Positions 24,926 through 37,551 are shown, numbered from the stretch's first letter. The stretch is DNA of 64,000 nucleotides from Callorhinchus milii (GCF_018977255.1 NW_024704742.1:43898001-43962000); one strand, 5' to 3'. Numbers and translations are program-made. The notes: generated by a model from the sequence alone, not told the origin.

Positions 24926-26339
24926 CGATGAAATAGCAATTAATTGGTTTACATAACATTCTGTGTAATATTAAATAAATTAGAGATAAATAGCAATTAA
25001 CTGGTTTCATAATAAATAAAAAATACTGCACATGTACTCAATCTACATTTGAAAATGAAAAACAGATTAACAATTTGGATGGGATTCCTAATGAATGTTA
25101 AGGCTGGCGAAGCCCTTCTAAGTGTATTGCTGACATGAATTCATGTTGTCAAACAGAGGGGGCAAGATGAAAAGAATTGCATTGGTAGAGCTAAACGTTG
25201 TAAGGGGTAAATATATAATAACCCATTATATAGCTAGTCCGTCTTATAATAACTTCTTGTATCAAAAATAGGTGCAGCTGGAGAGATCCCATAATCCCTC
25301 TGCCTCACCCCCTCTCTTGCCTCGTTCAAGTACCATCTGAAGACCTTCCTCTTCAATCATGCCTTCAGCCATCCTCCCACCCCCACCCCACCTGCTCTCC
25401 TCCCCTTCTGACCCCAACTCCCAGCTCGGGTCCAAACGCGATTTTCCAGCGCCCTGGGACGCCTTTCCTAAATGAAGCGTGCTATACAAGAATCATGTGT
25501 TGTTGTTGTTGTGAAGCATTGTATATCAGGATTAAAAAAGGTCGTAAATATATAAAATTTTTATTAGTATTAGCTTGGGTTTCTCAAGTCTTATAGTCTC
25601 ACCTGGACCATGCCTCATGTTCTACCCACTTCATGTATGATAACATCTTGGAGTGTTTCACAATGCTGGAGATTGGACACCGAGCAAGGAGAAGGGAGGC
25701 TGTGGTAAGGTGACCATAGGTGCAGTCAGATTCCAATGGTGCCTAAGTGAGACACGATACAATGGACCACTCAAACTAACATGAAAGATGACGCAGATAA
25801 GACCATGCTGGTCAAGACTTGAGAATGCCTGATTAATATGCTTGCTGTACTTTTCTATATTAGGTATCGGGCTCCTCTCTTTGTGATTTGAAATGGTTTG
25901 AAATAGTAAAAGTGAAATCCTATCAGGTGCCACCCTTTTTATTGACAGCTGCTATCATTACTTGCTTTTTCTTTTTAATTGATTTGAGCAATTTGTTTTT
26001 GGGGGTGGGTGACACTTCTGTCTAGAAAATTGAATACACACGACCCAGTCTTATTATTCCTGTTTAACTATTTGTTATTAGTATTTCCTCAGTCTGATGA
26101 CACCAAGGGAGAAATTAATTCTGCTTACAAGTAACTTGTGTTACAAGTAACAAATATTGCCCTTGGTTAATTATTATATTGTGCCTTAAGTACCTGACTT
26201 GTTTTTATATGCCTTCATGTTTGTTCAGTATCAAATTGACTTTTGTGTAACCCGATTAAGATGACAAAGGCTCTTTTGTTGAGCTAAAAACAAACCTTTA
26301 CAATATGGTATTTTGACCAAAATTAATCCCTTTTATACA

Positions 26340-26930
26340 ACAACAATAAATGATATTTGTATAGCTCTTTCATGTCAAGAGGATGTCCCAAGGCATTGGA
26401 CAGTCAAGGATCTGCAACCAAGCTGGTAGTTGGGATCAGGAGGGGTGGAGGGCGGGCAGGGTAGAGCTAGGAGGGTGACCGGAGGCACGGTTGAAGAGAA
26501 GGGTCTTGAGATGTGCCCTGAAGGAGTCAACGGAGGCAACGAGATGGAGGGACTGTGGGATGGAGTTCCAGAGGTTGGGGGCAGAAAGCCCATCACCAAT
26601 CGTAGGGCAGGCAAGGCGGGGGACATGAAGCAGGACAGAGTCCGCTGAGCGGACGGAGTGGACAAGTTGGTAGGGGGTTAGGAAGTCACAGAGGTAGGGG
26701 GTAGCAAGGCCATGGAGGGCTTTGAAGGTGTGGACCAGGATCTTGAACTCTATCCTTTGAGTGATGGGAAGCCAGTGGAGCGGGCGAGGATAGGGATGAT
26801 AGGATCACAGAGTCTGGTGCAAGAGAGGACACAGGCTGCAGAGTTCTGGATGATTTGCAGCCTGTGGAGGGAGGAGTTGGGGAGGCCGACAAGCAGGCTG
26901 TTTGCATAGTCGAGCCTGGATGTGATGAAC
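26340..26930 (-). mobile_element. L2 3' fragment
   Basis: [17 protein letters not shown]...LQIIQNSAA plus tail. Confidence 0.9.
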
Positions 26931-27915
26931 TGTGCTTTAATAATCACTGTATTTGAATGGAATATTTCCTATGAGCATAGTCACGTTGACTTTCTGGAAC
27001 TCTGCTCTGGCACAGGTCACATTGGACAGCAGTTTCTCACATTCTGGCAGGGTACCAGCAGAAGTTACCTATTTATGACTCCATTGCCTTACATTCTGCC
27101 TATCTCTTGCATCTTTAGTAATCCAAGCAACACTTTATTGTTCTGCGAGGGATTAATTTCTGGACAGAAATATATTTAATATCTTCGTGGATGTTGACAT
27201 TCTTAGTGTTCTAATTGAGGTCTATTAAAGTTCAAAAGTACAATAAACTGCATGAAAGTTCATCTGATATCCAGAATATTAACAGTAATTCCTTATACTT
27301 CTTGGAGTGTAGCAGTGTTATAAATATTCTTCTACAGTACACATGGTCACTACACTTTACAGTATTCTGGACGTCCTCCCAACATAAAAGGCGCTGTGTC
27401 AAATGCAAGGATTATTATTATTTTTACTTGTTCAGCAATCTAGAATCAAAATCAGTGACTAGTTACTGTAAATATGACAGATTATGAAACACTATGTCAG
27501 GAGAACACAGAATCTCTCAATTATCCTAAATTAAAAGGTCAGATGTTGCTTGGCTGATTAGAATGCTTTTAATTGATGATTCTGCAACAGGACATTTTAC
27601 TGGTGAACTAATTTATTATTGCAACATTTGTTCAAGTTACTGGAGCCAGAAGCTTAATATTCTACAGCAAATTCTGTACATTGTTCGGGAATGCTTTTGT
27701 CTCATGTTCGAAGGCGTAGGTTTATCTGAATTATTTTACTACACCATTTTCTTTCCAAGTGATCATTACATGGGCCTTTTCTAAGCTGTACATTTGGACA
27801 CTGTACACTTATGTCACACTGAATTATGGAGCATCAGTGATGTGAAAGCAGGAATTGCTGCTGGCGATTTAGAACCACAGAACCATAGAAATGTAGGGCA
27901 CAGTAGGAAGAAAGC

Positions 27916-27918
<3 letters not shown>

Positions 27919-27964
<46 letters not shown>

Positions 27965-28265
27965 CCTTGCATTTGATTTAGCACTTTTCACGTCGGGAGG
28001 ACGTCCCAAAGCGCTTCACAGAACACACTGTAAAGTGAGTTGACTGTATATTTGTGGGCGAACGCGGCAGCCAATTGCGCACAGCAATGTCCCACAAACA
28101 GTCATGGATTGAAAATGACCAATTTATTATTGCTTTTTGTTTTGGAGGGATTATTATTAGGCGTGTGGAGTAAGGAAACTTGCCCAAGGTTTCGCCCTGA
28201 CTGGAATTGAACTCAGGTCTCTCACTTGCAAAGCGAGTGCTCTAACCACTGAGCTACAGGACTCC
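27919..28265 (-). mobile_element. Full-length tRNA-headed Deu-type SINE
   Basis: Minus strand ggagtcctgtagctcagtggttagagcactcgc head with A/B boxes, Deu core, long (TTA)n tail. Confidence 0.92.
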
Positions 28266-29259
28266 ACAATAAGAAAGTTAGCAAAATCTGTCAGATAGAG
28301 TTCCATCTTTCATCCCATTATTTTAGGGAAACCATTTTATTTTTCCCTGACTTTTCATTTCCTTTTTCATAAATATGATGGTGTAGACCCTATGGTAGAT
28401 GGTCACAGAGAAGCAACAGAAGCAGAAGACATAGTCCCATACTAACTGTCAAGACAGACAGGAGACAGCTGTGTGTGTGTTTGGAGGGGTGGAGGAGATA
28501 TTCAAGGGGACACACACTGTGGTAGAGTGAGCCTGTCTAGGTTGGCAAACCTGTCTCCCTTTATGAAGGCCCAAAGAGGTGAGATCTTAATTAAATAAGA
28601 AAGGCATCTTCCTAAATTATCAGCCCAAATCGGGGCTATTTAGCGGCACTGCATTGAGTCGCAGAGAAAATATGACAGATCAACAATGAGATAGAAGTGT
28701 AGACTAGCAAAAGATGGGGGGTATTTTTGTGTGTGTTTTTGTGGCTTTGCGTGTTTCCTGTGGGATGCAAGAAATAGCCAAACACCTGGAGCAGTCATCC
28801 TTGAGAATTTTTCCTCGGTCAAGCCAAGGCCTGTTGCAGACAGGTGTATCAGACACACACCAGTTATCTTGGCACTGAGAAGCCTTTATGATTAATCCAG
28901 GAGACCACCTAGGAGAGCATTACACAATCTTGTCAGACCTGATCTAGAGCCAAGGAACTATGAGGACAATACAAACCATTGACTTCAAAATGACAATGAC
29001 TCTTTTCAAAGTCCCATCAGACCATTGGCAGGATAAGCTAATATGCCATTCACTCTTGCACAACAACAACAAAATTACATTTGTAAAGCGCCTTTCAAGT
29101 CAGGAGGACATCCCAAGTTGCTGAACAATCAGGGATCAGGACCCGAGCATGGGGGGGCAGGGTTGGGATGAGGGAGGTCAGAAAGGTTGCATTAAATAAT
29201 AATCCTTGCATTTGATAGGTATATGTGTGCAAGTAATTCATCCCTGCAGTCCGAAGAAC

Positions 29260-29695
29260 CTCCTACCTCTCCGACCTACTATCCCCCTACCTACCTGCCC
29301 GTACTCTCAGTTCCTCTGGCTCCGGTCTGCTCCACATCCCCCACCCCAACCGCCCTACCATCGGTGGCCGGGCCTTCAGCCTCTCAGACCCTAGGCTCTG
29401 GAACTCTATCCCCCAGTGCCTTCGTCTTGCCTCCTCCCTTTCCTCCTTCAAGGCCGGTCTCAAGACCTTTCTCTTTGACCGTGCCTTCAGCTTCCCTCTC
29501 GACTCTCTACCCCCTCCTCGCCCCCTCCCTTCCCTCACCTCACCCTGACCATTTCCCCCCCTCCTCGATTCCTCCCTTCCCTCCCCTCACCCTGACCATT
29601 TCCCCCTTGCTCGGGTCCTGACCCAACTGTCCAGTGCTTTGGGACGTCCTCCCGACGTGAAAGGCGCTCTATAAATGGAATCTTGTTGTTGTTGT
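29260..29695 (+). mobile_element. Young L2 3' fragment
   Basis: Very similar to 61990-62427; a second L2 tail in opposite orientation lies at 29079-29186. Confidence 0.92.
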
Positions 29696-29699
29696 ATCC

Positions 29700-30100
29700 A
29701 CCCTGCTCAGTTAGTAGCACTCTCACCTCTGACTCAAGAGGTTGTTGGTTCCAGCCCCACATCGTGACTTGAAAGTCATTAATCTATGCTGTCTCTCCAG
29801 TGCAGGTACATTATGGTATGTTCCATCCTTCGAATGAGACTCTAAACCAAGGTCCCATCTGTCTGTCCAAATGGGTGTTAAAGAACCCATGGCACCATCT
29901 GAAAAGAAAAGGGAGTTTCTCCCAGGATCCTGGCCAACAATCCCCCAAATGAAATTGATCATGCATTCAATAGATGCTGGGAGGGGGTGCATTTCTCTGT
30001 GCAAACTGGCTGCCATGTTTGCCCACACCACTATACAGTATATCCCGTGAAGTGAAGTGCTTTGAGACAAGGTGCTATACCAAATGCAAGGATTATTATT
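29700..30100 (+). mobile_element. SacSINE1/AmnSINE-like DeuSINE
   Basis: gctcagttagtagcactctcacctctgactcaaga tRNA-like head; aaactggctgccatgttt Deu motif; L2-type tail. Confidence 0.7.
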
Positions 30101-32269
30101 ATAGCAAGTCCAGGGCCAGGTTCTTCAGACTGCAGGGATGAATTATTTGCACACATGTAAAATAGTTTCATATTATAATTCCTTTTCATATTGAAACATC
30201 TCAAAATGCTTTACGGTAATTATCATCAAATATAGTGATTGTTTTCGTTTGCAAAATAAGTTATTTTGGAACAAAATATAACTCCCTTCTCATTTGCAAA
30301 TAATGTAATGAGAAATATGCTTTGTCAGTCCACGGGTCATGACATCTTTAACCAATTCATTGAGTCTCAGGCACAACATAGTGCTGCACATGTCTATACC
30401 TGAATGATCATCCAGGATATTTTTAGGAGTCCTAAAGCAAACTTTTTTTTTTGCTTTGATCATTTGACCCAGTTATTTTTTATTTTTATTTTTCACAATA
30501 CAGATGGCTAATTGATCTATATTTTCCAGAGTATGTCCTTTTCTCAATTATGAAATAAAATTTACTTTCCCTCACTTCTCAGGTACAACTCCCATGTTTA
30601 TGGATTTCCTAAGAATATTAACTTGGTCTCACTAACTTCCTCTTGCATTTCCTTTAAGATCTTAAAGATCAGCTTCTTTTGTCTTGTAAACATCCATTTT
30701 GTTCATCTTCTACTGATATGTAAAGAGCGGTATACAGGCAGTTAAATCATTGTTGCATGGAGCTTTTACTGTGGAATGCAATTGGTCAGGCTTGAGCAAT
30801 GTACAGTGGCATCTTGCAATGAATCCTGCAATATTCTCTCAATTACTGGTAGAGTCAAACAAATCTTTCATTAAATTTTTATTAAAATTGGTACACCAGT
30901 GATTTAGATGTTTTACGAGATTGAGTGGACTGGGTACTTGATGATAGAGTGATACCTTTCCTTGTTGAAAATAAATTACTGAATGGATCAAATGATCAAA
31001 TAGTCTTTTGTCTTATTTATATTTTAACCTCATACAAGAAAGTAAAAACTAAAATTGAACAGAATCAGAAAGGGCTTTGCAGTTTATTCTTTCCCATAAA
31101 AAATCAAAATAACTTTTTGAAAGTTAATGAAGATTTCTACGCTTGTTTCAAAAATATGCAGTAAAGACTATCTTTACGACACACCTCTGCCCTTCACAAA
31201 CTGTAGACTATAAGAACTCTGCAGTTTGTGTCCTTTTCTGTACTAGGCTCTGTTAGCCTATCACCCCATGTCATCAGCTACACTGGCTCCGCATCCCCCA
31301 GCAAATTGAGTTCAAGATCCTCATCCTAGCCTTTAGGTCCCTCCATTGTTTTCTCACTTGGTTACCTGGAATCTGCTTAGATGTAGTTTTCAGAGCTGCT
31401 GTTGGTCACTACTTACATCCACAGCAAACTTCAAATTGGAATTTTTACAACATGGAATTAAAATAATCCTACAGAAAAGGCACACTAAATTATTGATGAG
31501 TCTTAGTCCAGTGTTTCCCACTTTTCTAGGAAGCAAAGCAAATTAAAACTGACATTTTATAATCTACCAATAACTGTTCACATTTAGTTGCATGATTGTA
31601 GTGCTCATTTTCTCAATGTACTCAATGTTGAATTCAGTGGTGTGAGTGAGAGATACTGCAATGTTGCAGTGATGTACTGTTCCCACAGGGCCAGTAACAT
31701 TCTTCATCTTCCCTGGGTTAAAGGATCTGCTGGTATTGCACTTTGGAGCATTTAATGTTAAGTATTTTCTATGTACTTTGATCTGACCCATATGACTCAG
31801 TGTACTTGATATAAAGCTAATGATTATTTACAGGAAGACCAACATTATTTCTTTGAAATTTCGATCATTGTCAAACTTGACTAAACAACTGCTTTCAAAC
31901 AGAATTGAAGCACTGGATTAGTTGAGCAAGTGCACAAATTACTTTTCTTTGTTTGAAGAGTCTAAGGGGAAATTACAGTGAAGATAATATCCCCGATGAT
32001 ATCACATTGACCAAGAACACCATCAATAGTTGCCTCCTGTCTCTCCAATTGGCAGTGATAATTATTGACTGCCTTCAAATTCATCTTTTGTTGTGATATC
32101 ATTGATGACCATGATGCATTTTTTTCTCCCATAAACAGAATTATTTTTAAATTTAACATCTTGATGATGCTTGTTCCCATGCTAGGCTTGCCATTTTCTC
32201 GCTTGTATAAGTGAAGAATTTGGTCACTCCATCCACAACTGTTTGTGGGACATTGCTGTGAGCAACACA

Positions 32270-32905
32270 GCTGTCCTTCCTTCTCCACATCTGGTCCCTG
32301 ACCGGGACTGATTTCCTCCATCTCCGTCACGTTACCTGCCTCGGACCATACTTCACAATCAACGCAGCTGAAATTTGTCACCTCCTGCCTTGATTTTTCC
32401 AATGTCCTCCTCAGCAGTCTCTCCAGCTCCACTATTCATAAAATTCAAAGTAATTCAAAACTCTGCCGCCCATATCCTCACCAAACTCCACAACCCATCA
32501 CCCAAGTCCTTGCCAGGCTCTGCTGGCTTCAAATTCCCCTTGCCCATCACCCCCAGGCTCCATTACCTCCCCACACTCACATACAAATCACATGCCAGGG
32601 CATCTCCCTACCTCTCTGACGTGATTACACCCCATTCCTCTACCCGACAACTTTGCTCAACTGGTTGCAGTTTCCTGCATGTCCCTTGTCCCCTCCGCCC
32701 CATCATCGATGGCTGTGCCTTCAGCCACGATGTCCTGAAAATATAGAACTCAATCTCCGTGATTTGGGATCTGTCCATCTTCAGATTGTACCTGAAGTCC
32801 TTCCTCTTCCACAGTGTTTACAGTGTCAAGCTTCACCATTGTCAAGCACTTTGAGATGCTAATCTGCATGAAGGACTCTATAGATATATGCAGGTTGTTG
32901 TTGTA
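32270..32905 (+). mobile_element. Old L2 fragment
   Basis: KFKVIQNSAAHILT...RPIIDGCAFSH plus tail. Confidence 0.75.
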
Positions 32906-33819
32906 CTGTTTTAATACTTCAGTCATAACCTTGTATAGGATTTACGGTCAGACCAAAATCTATTTAAAGTTGTGGAACATATACTCCAGTGTTTTAAGTG
33001 CTCCGATATGCTGACCCATTTGAAGGGTGCTATATAAATGCAAGTTGTTGTTGTTAAAGGTTTTCACTCCAGTTTATTGAATTGATTACAATAATCCTTA
33101 GTGGCAAGTAAGGTGGATTTTTTAGTAAAGGATTCCCATTTTTCAATCAGCTTTTCCCCGAGTTCCCGTCCCCAGTGACCGATTTGCACTTCCAAGTCCT
33201 ACCGATGAGTCAGGCTGTCATCAGCAGTGTCCTGGAGTACTGGAGTACTGTGGACCTGCCTGGCTCCGGAACTGAACTATCAAACCCGGCACAGAGTTGA
33301 TTCACTCGATTCTGATATTCTGTTGCCAAATATTTCATCTTGGAGCAAATCTAGAGGATGGTTGTCGCCTGGAGAGAGTCTTAATTGGGCACAATAGACT
33401 CTGCTATCAATTCAAAATGATAATTGTGGATCAAATATGTTGCCTATTTCACTTCAAGTAACTGAATCCGTCTTGCGAGGGTTAATGATTCATGTTTATG
33501 TTGGTAAATTGTTTAAATACTCTTGATATTCATCTTCTACAGCCCTGTGCAGTTGGCATGAAGGTTTAGGTTACAGTTCAGCCTTTGTTCCAAAGTTACA
33601 AATTAACATCTCGGTACAGAGGGATACTGTGCCTGTAGAATTCTATTGCTTTTTCCCGAAAGTTACCATTTAACTTCCAAAAAATAATCATCATAATGTA
33701 ACCAATGCAACAATATCATTTGATTTAACTTGGAAGGAGTGGAGCACCGTTTGGGAATAGCATCTAACACAGGAATGCGCCATAGTTCTTTTAGGGAGAA
33801 CATCTAAGTAATTTTATGG

Positions 33820-34520
33820 CAACAAAAATTTGCATCTGTGTAGTTCCCTTCATGCGGGGTAGTGCTTGGCGTGCTCAACATTAGTGATGCTTGATTCCGA
33901 GCCAGAAACTTCAGCTGCGTAGGGTGTGAGGTATGCTTGGAGGTGGGGGCAATGTGACGGAGGTGAAGGAATGTGGTCCTGGTCAGGAGTGGATGTGGGA
34001 TGGGAAGGACAGCTGAGGATCGAACCTGACACCTAGGTTGCATGTAGATTCTGTGAGTCTGAGAGATAGGCCAGGGAGATTAAGGAGGTCGGAGCTGCAG
34101 GTGAGAAGACATTGACGGGAGCCAAAGAGGTCAGAGGAGTGGTTTCTTCTGACGCATTTACAAAGTCCAGGATCAAGCGGTAAGCATGGGGGAGTGAGTT
34201 GTGGAATATATACTCCAGCGTTTTAAGTGCTCCAGGATGCGGTTGCAAGGAGGGTGGGCCACCTGTCACTAAGCAATCTGGAGATGGAGGCAGCTTCACA
34301 ATGGGCACATCTATTTGCCAAAGCCCCTCACATGAGGACGTGGTTTGAGCAGCTGGTGTTGAATAATCCTGGTACACGACATTAGATTTGAATCTCAAGA
34401 ACATCAAAGGGACTGGAATCCATCTTGATTGGCCTGCAGAGAGGCAAGGGAAGGGATGTGTGCCCGAGCTGCGGACAGGAAGGTGGTGACAATGTTCTCA
34501 CACATTTCATGCTGAAATGA
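33820..34520 (-). mobile_element. Old L2 fragment
   Basis: Tail at about 33820; TTFLHLRHIA-type motif; decayed. Confidence 0.55.
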
Positions 34521-34529
34521 TTTGTCCAC

Positions 34530-35375
34530 CCGGATGCTCACAGGGAGTTCCTGTTACCTTCCAGCCACCTAGTGAGGGCTCAAACCCACACTTGTCGGAT
34601 ATTGAACAACCAACTACAACAACAACAAGATTCCATTTATAAAGCGCCTTTCACGTCAGGAGGACGTCCCAAGGCACTGACTATCCTCTAGTGACTATCC
34701 TCCTCGGGAAGGAGTTAAGTGGAGTCTCCTTGGAACTGAACTGGCTCCAAGGTGACTTGTCTAGCAATGGAATGTTGGAATCAAGCCATCCCTCTGTAAT
34801 GGTCTCGGTAGTCCGGCTCCTGAGCGAGGCAGGTCCACAGTATTCCAGGGTACTGCTGATGAAAGTACAACAACAATAACAAATGACATTTGTATTGCGC
34901 CTTTCGTGTCAGGAGGAGTCCCAAGGCGCTGGTACCTTGTATAGCCAGCCTGGCTCATTGGCAGGACCTGGAAAGGCAGAATGTCACGGGGGCAGGGAGT
35001 CATCCCACTCAGCTCCTGTTAACACTGCAAACCAAAGCGCTAGGGGGTAGGGTGGTCTTAACTGGACAAGCAGTGGGAAAGCTTGCCAGACAGCAAAATC
35101 AATGGCAACCCATGTGGCTTTACCTGGTTAGACTCCAGCAGTACCCCAATGCACACACTGGAGAACCTTGGCACTTGCCAACCTGCACCTAATACTTTAC
35201 AAAATTGGGTAAGCAGAATGTGTCCCTCCAGGGAGAGACTGTGCATACCATTCCAACAATCTATGTCTGCATTTTCCATGGATAAGGTGGGATACATGGA
35301 ATTCTCAGCTTGGTTTGGATGCTCTTGAGCATGGTGATGGGTTTCCGCATGTGTCAGAAACCTGAGGATGCTAAG
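34530..35375 (+). repeat. Unclassified dispersed repeat (~0.75-0.9 kb), interrupted by two L2 tails
   Basis: Homologous pieces at 33165-33320(-), 40760-40960(+), 42340-42520(+), 56553-56623(-), 56778-57547(+), 60195-60437(-), and 61110-61185 plus 62428-62746(-). Confidence 0.8.
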
Positions 35376-35477
35376 CAAAGAGGCTTGGGATATGTCGCAG
35401 GTGCGAGGCAGGAGGAGAAACTGTTTCAGGAGCAAAATGACAATAGTGGATTATGAATGACTGGAAGTTAGAGACTG

Positions 35478-35763
35478 CACTGTACATTTCCCTGTTGGAT
35501 CCTTTGGTTGCAAGCATAGCTGCAATGGTATAGCTAGTATACTAATAAAGATGAAATGTCTGTGTTTGTGTGTGTCTGTGTGTCTGGCAATAACGCAGTA
35601 ACCAATTGACATAGAGACATGATTTATCCCCCCCAAAAAATATGCCCATGACACTCTCCCATGCAAGACCTTTCCGATGAGGTATAGACCATGTCGCCAC
35701 ATCAATCGGTTATTGTGTTCTTGGCAGCCAGACACAAGACATTTTGTCTTTATTAGTATAAGA
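35478..35763. mobile_element. Helitron-like cluster: 3' end (+) fused to 5' end (+), then a 5' end (-)
   Basis: ...gcaagcatagctgc...gCTAG|TATACTAATAAAG...; the minus-strand 5' end starts TC at 35763; all parts match 41583-41896. Confidence 0.7.
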
Positions 35764-36035
35764 TATATAAGCATAAATATAAGACAGCAAACAGCAGATT
35801 TAAAAGGAAATTTCAGAAGACCTTCTTTATGCAGCGGGCGGTGCAAATGTGGAATTTACGTTCACTGTAAATCATTTTTGAAGCAATTCTTTTTTGGTCA
35901 GTCAGGTGTCTGACACCAGAAGAAGCCCATCACCATCACCATGAGTTTAACTAACAGTTCCATGCATCTCACCTACATGTGGAAATTCTCATGTATTGAA
36001 TGGAATATGCGCTTATTGCTGAGAGCATTGAATTC

Positions 36036-36400
36036 AACAACAACAACAACAACAACAAGATTCCATTTATAGAGCGCCTTTCACGTCGGGAGGACGTCCC
36101 AAGGCGCTGTACAGTTGGGTCAGGACCCGAATTCAAGAACCCCACCCTCATTTTTAAATCCCTCCACAATCTTTCCACACCCTACCTCTGTGAAATTCTT
36201 AAACCTAACCAAGCCACCAGCTCCCTCCGCTTGTCTGTTTCACACCCCCCACCCTGCCTGCCCCACCATCAGCAGTTGGGCTTTCTGCCCTCACTCTCTG
36301 GAACTCCATCCTGGAGTCCCTTCACCTCATCCCCTCCCTCTCCTCCTTCAAGCTCCATCTGAAGAGCTTCATCTTTGACATGCCTTTGGTCATTTTCGTC
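36036..36400. mobile_element. L2 3' tail (-, 36036-36130) abutting an older L2 fragment (+)
   Basis: (AAC)n aagattccatttatagagcgcctttcacgtcgggaggacgtcccaaggcgctg; then EFKNPTLIFKSLH. Confidence 0.85.
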
Positions 36401-37551
36401 CCAACCCTACCTCAGTGAGCAATGATCCAGATGGTCCAAAAACAACTGTACATTTATATAGCATCTTATAGTACCCATCAAGAGGATGTCTCAAAGGGCT
36501 TCACAGAGATGACTGGGTGTTCAATCTGGGGGTGGCAAGAGCTGAGGAAAATGAGTGTGTGGGGGGTTGGGTGAGGAAGGTAGTGACAAAACCATGGTCA
36601 AAAGGAAAAACTTTAAGAAGACATTCTTGGTGACCAAATGTGCAGTTTGAAACTCAATTCAAGGTCAAACTGAGCCTAAAGGTTGCCACATACAAATGAA
36701 TGCTAGCATATGTGTCTAATTTTTTCACATTGTGAGCCCCAAAGTTGCAACTGTTTTTACTTAAATCTATTATTTTACTGGTTGTCGATTCATTGATTGA
36801 TCAAAAGGATGAGAGAGAAAGGATCTCAAATTTCTCCATCTCGGATTCATCTTTAATTTTAAAAAACTACTATTACATATGCTGAGTTGGAAAAGCTATT
36901 TCCTTTATTTATACACTGGAGATTGGTCTGGAGATTGGTGGTGGGGGTGGGGGGTGGGGGGGATGGGGAGCCTATTCCCAATTTACCAGCAAGAGAGAAA
37001 TGACAGTTCAATGATTTATTATCGGTGAAGAATGGAAACATCTATTTTATAAAGTTTTTTTTATAGTTAAGTTCTTTCCTGTTACAATCAAAAAACAAAA
37101 CGATGCACAAAACTTGACCAATCTGCGGCTTTAAAGTCCTAGATTACCTTTTGCAGATGCTTATTGAAATGTATTATAGTTCTTCAATAGTGCTCAAACT
37201 TCAGAGCTGGGTATTTTTCAGAGCAGCAGAATGCAGTGGAGGAGCACAAGGTGAAGTTAACCTAACAACGTGAAAGCTGACAATAAGTCAATACATTTGA
37301 TACTTCAGTGAGCAAACAGATAAGATCATTTTGAGAACATAGCACTCCTATTTGGAGGTTGAGGCACATTCCTGCCGCCCACTGAATAAAAGGACTCCGC
37401 CCAAATGTGTCATTACCTGTAAAAATCCACCCATTTAGATATTATTCTAATTTCCAATTACAAATAAGGTTTGAGAAACCTTGATCGGGTAAAGGTTCTT
37501 ATTTAATAACACCTCTTCTTGATTGGATTAGATCCTTAGGATTGGAGGATT

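Noticed and set aside
27794..27976. Poly-Asn, poly-Ile and poly-Leu ORF ends
   Set aside because: They come from the (TAA)n and (TTG)n tails of SINE and L2 elements.
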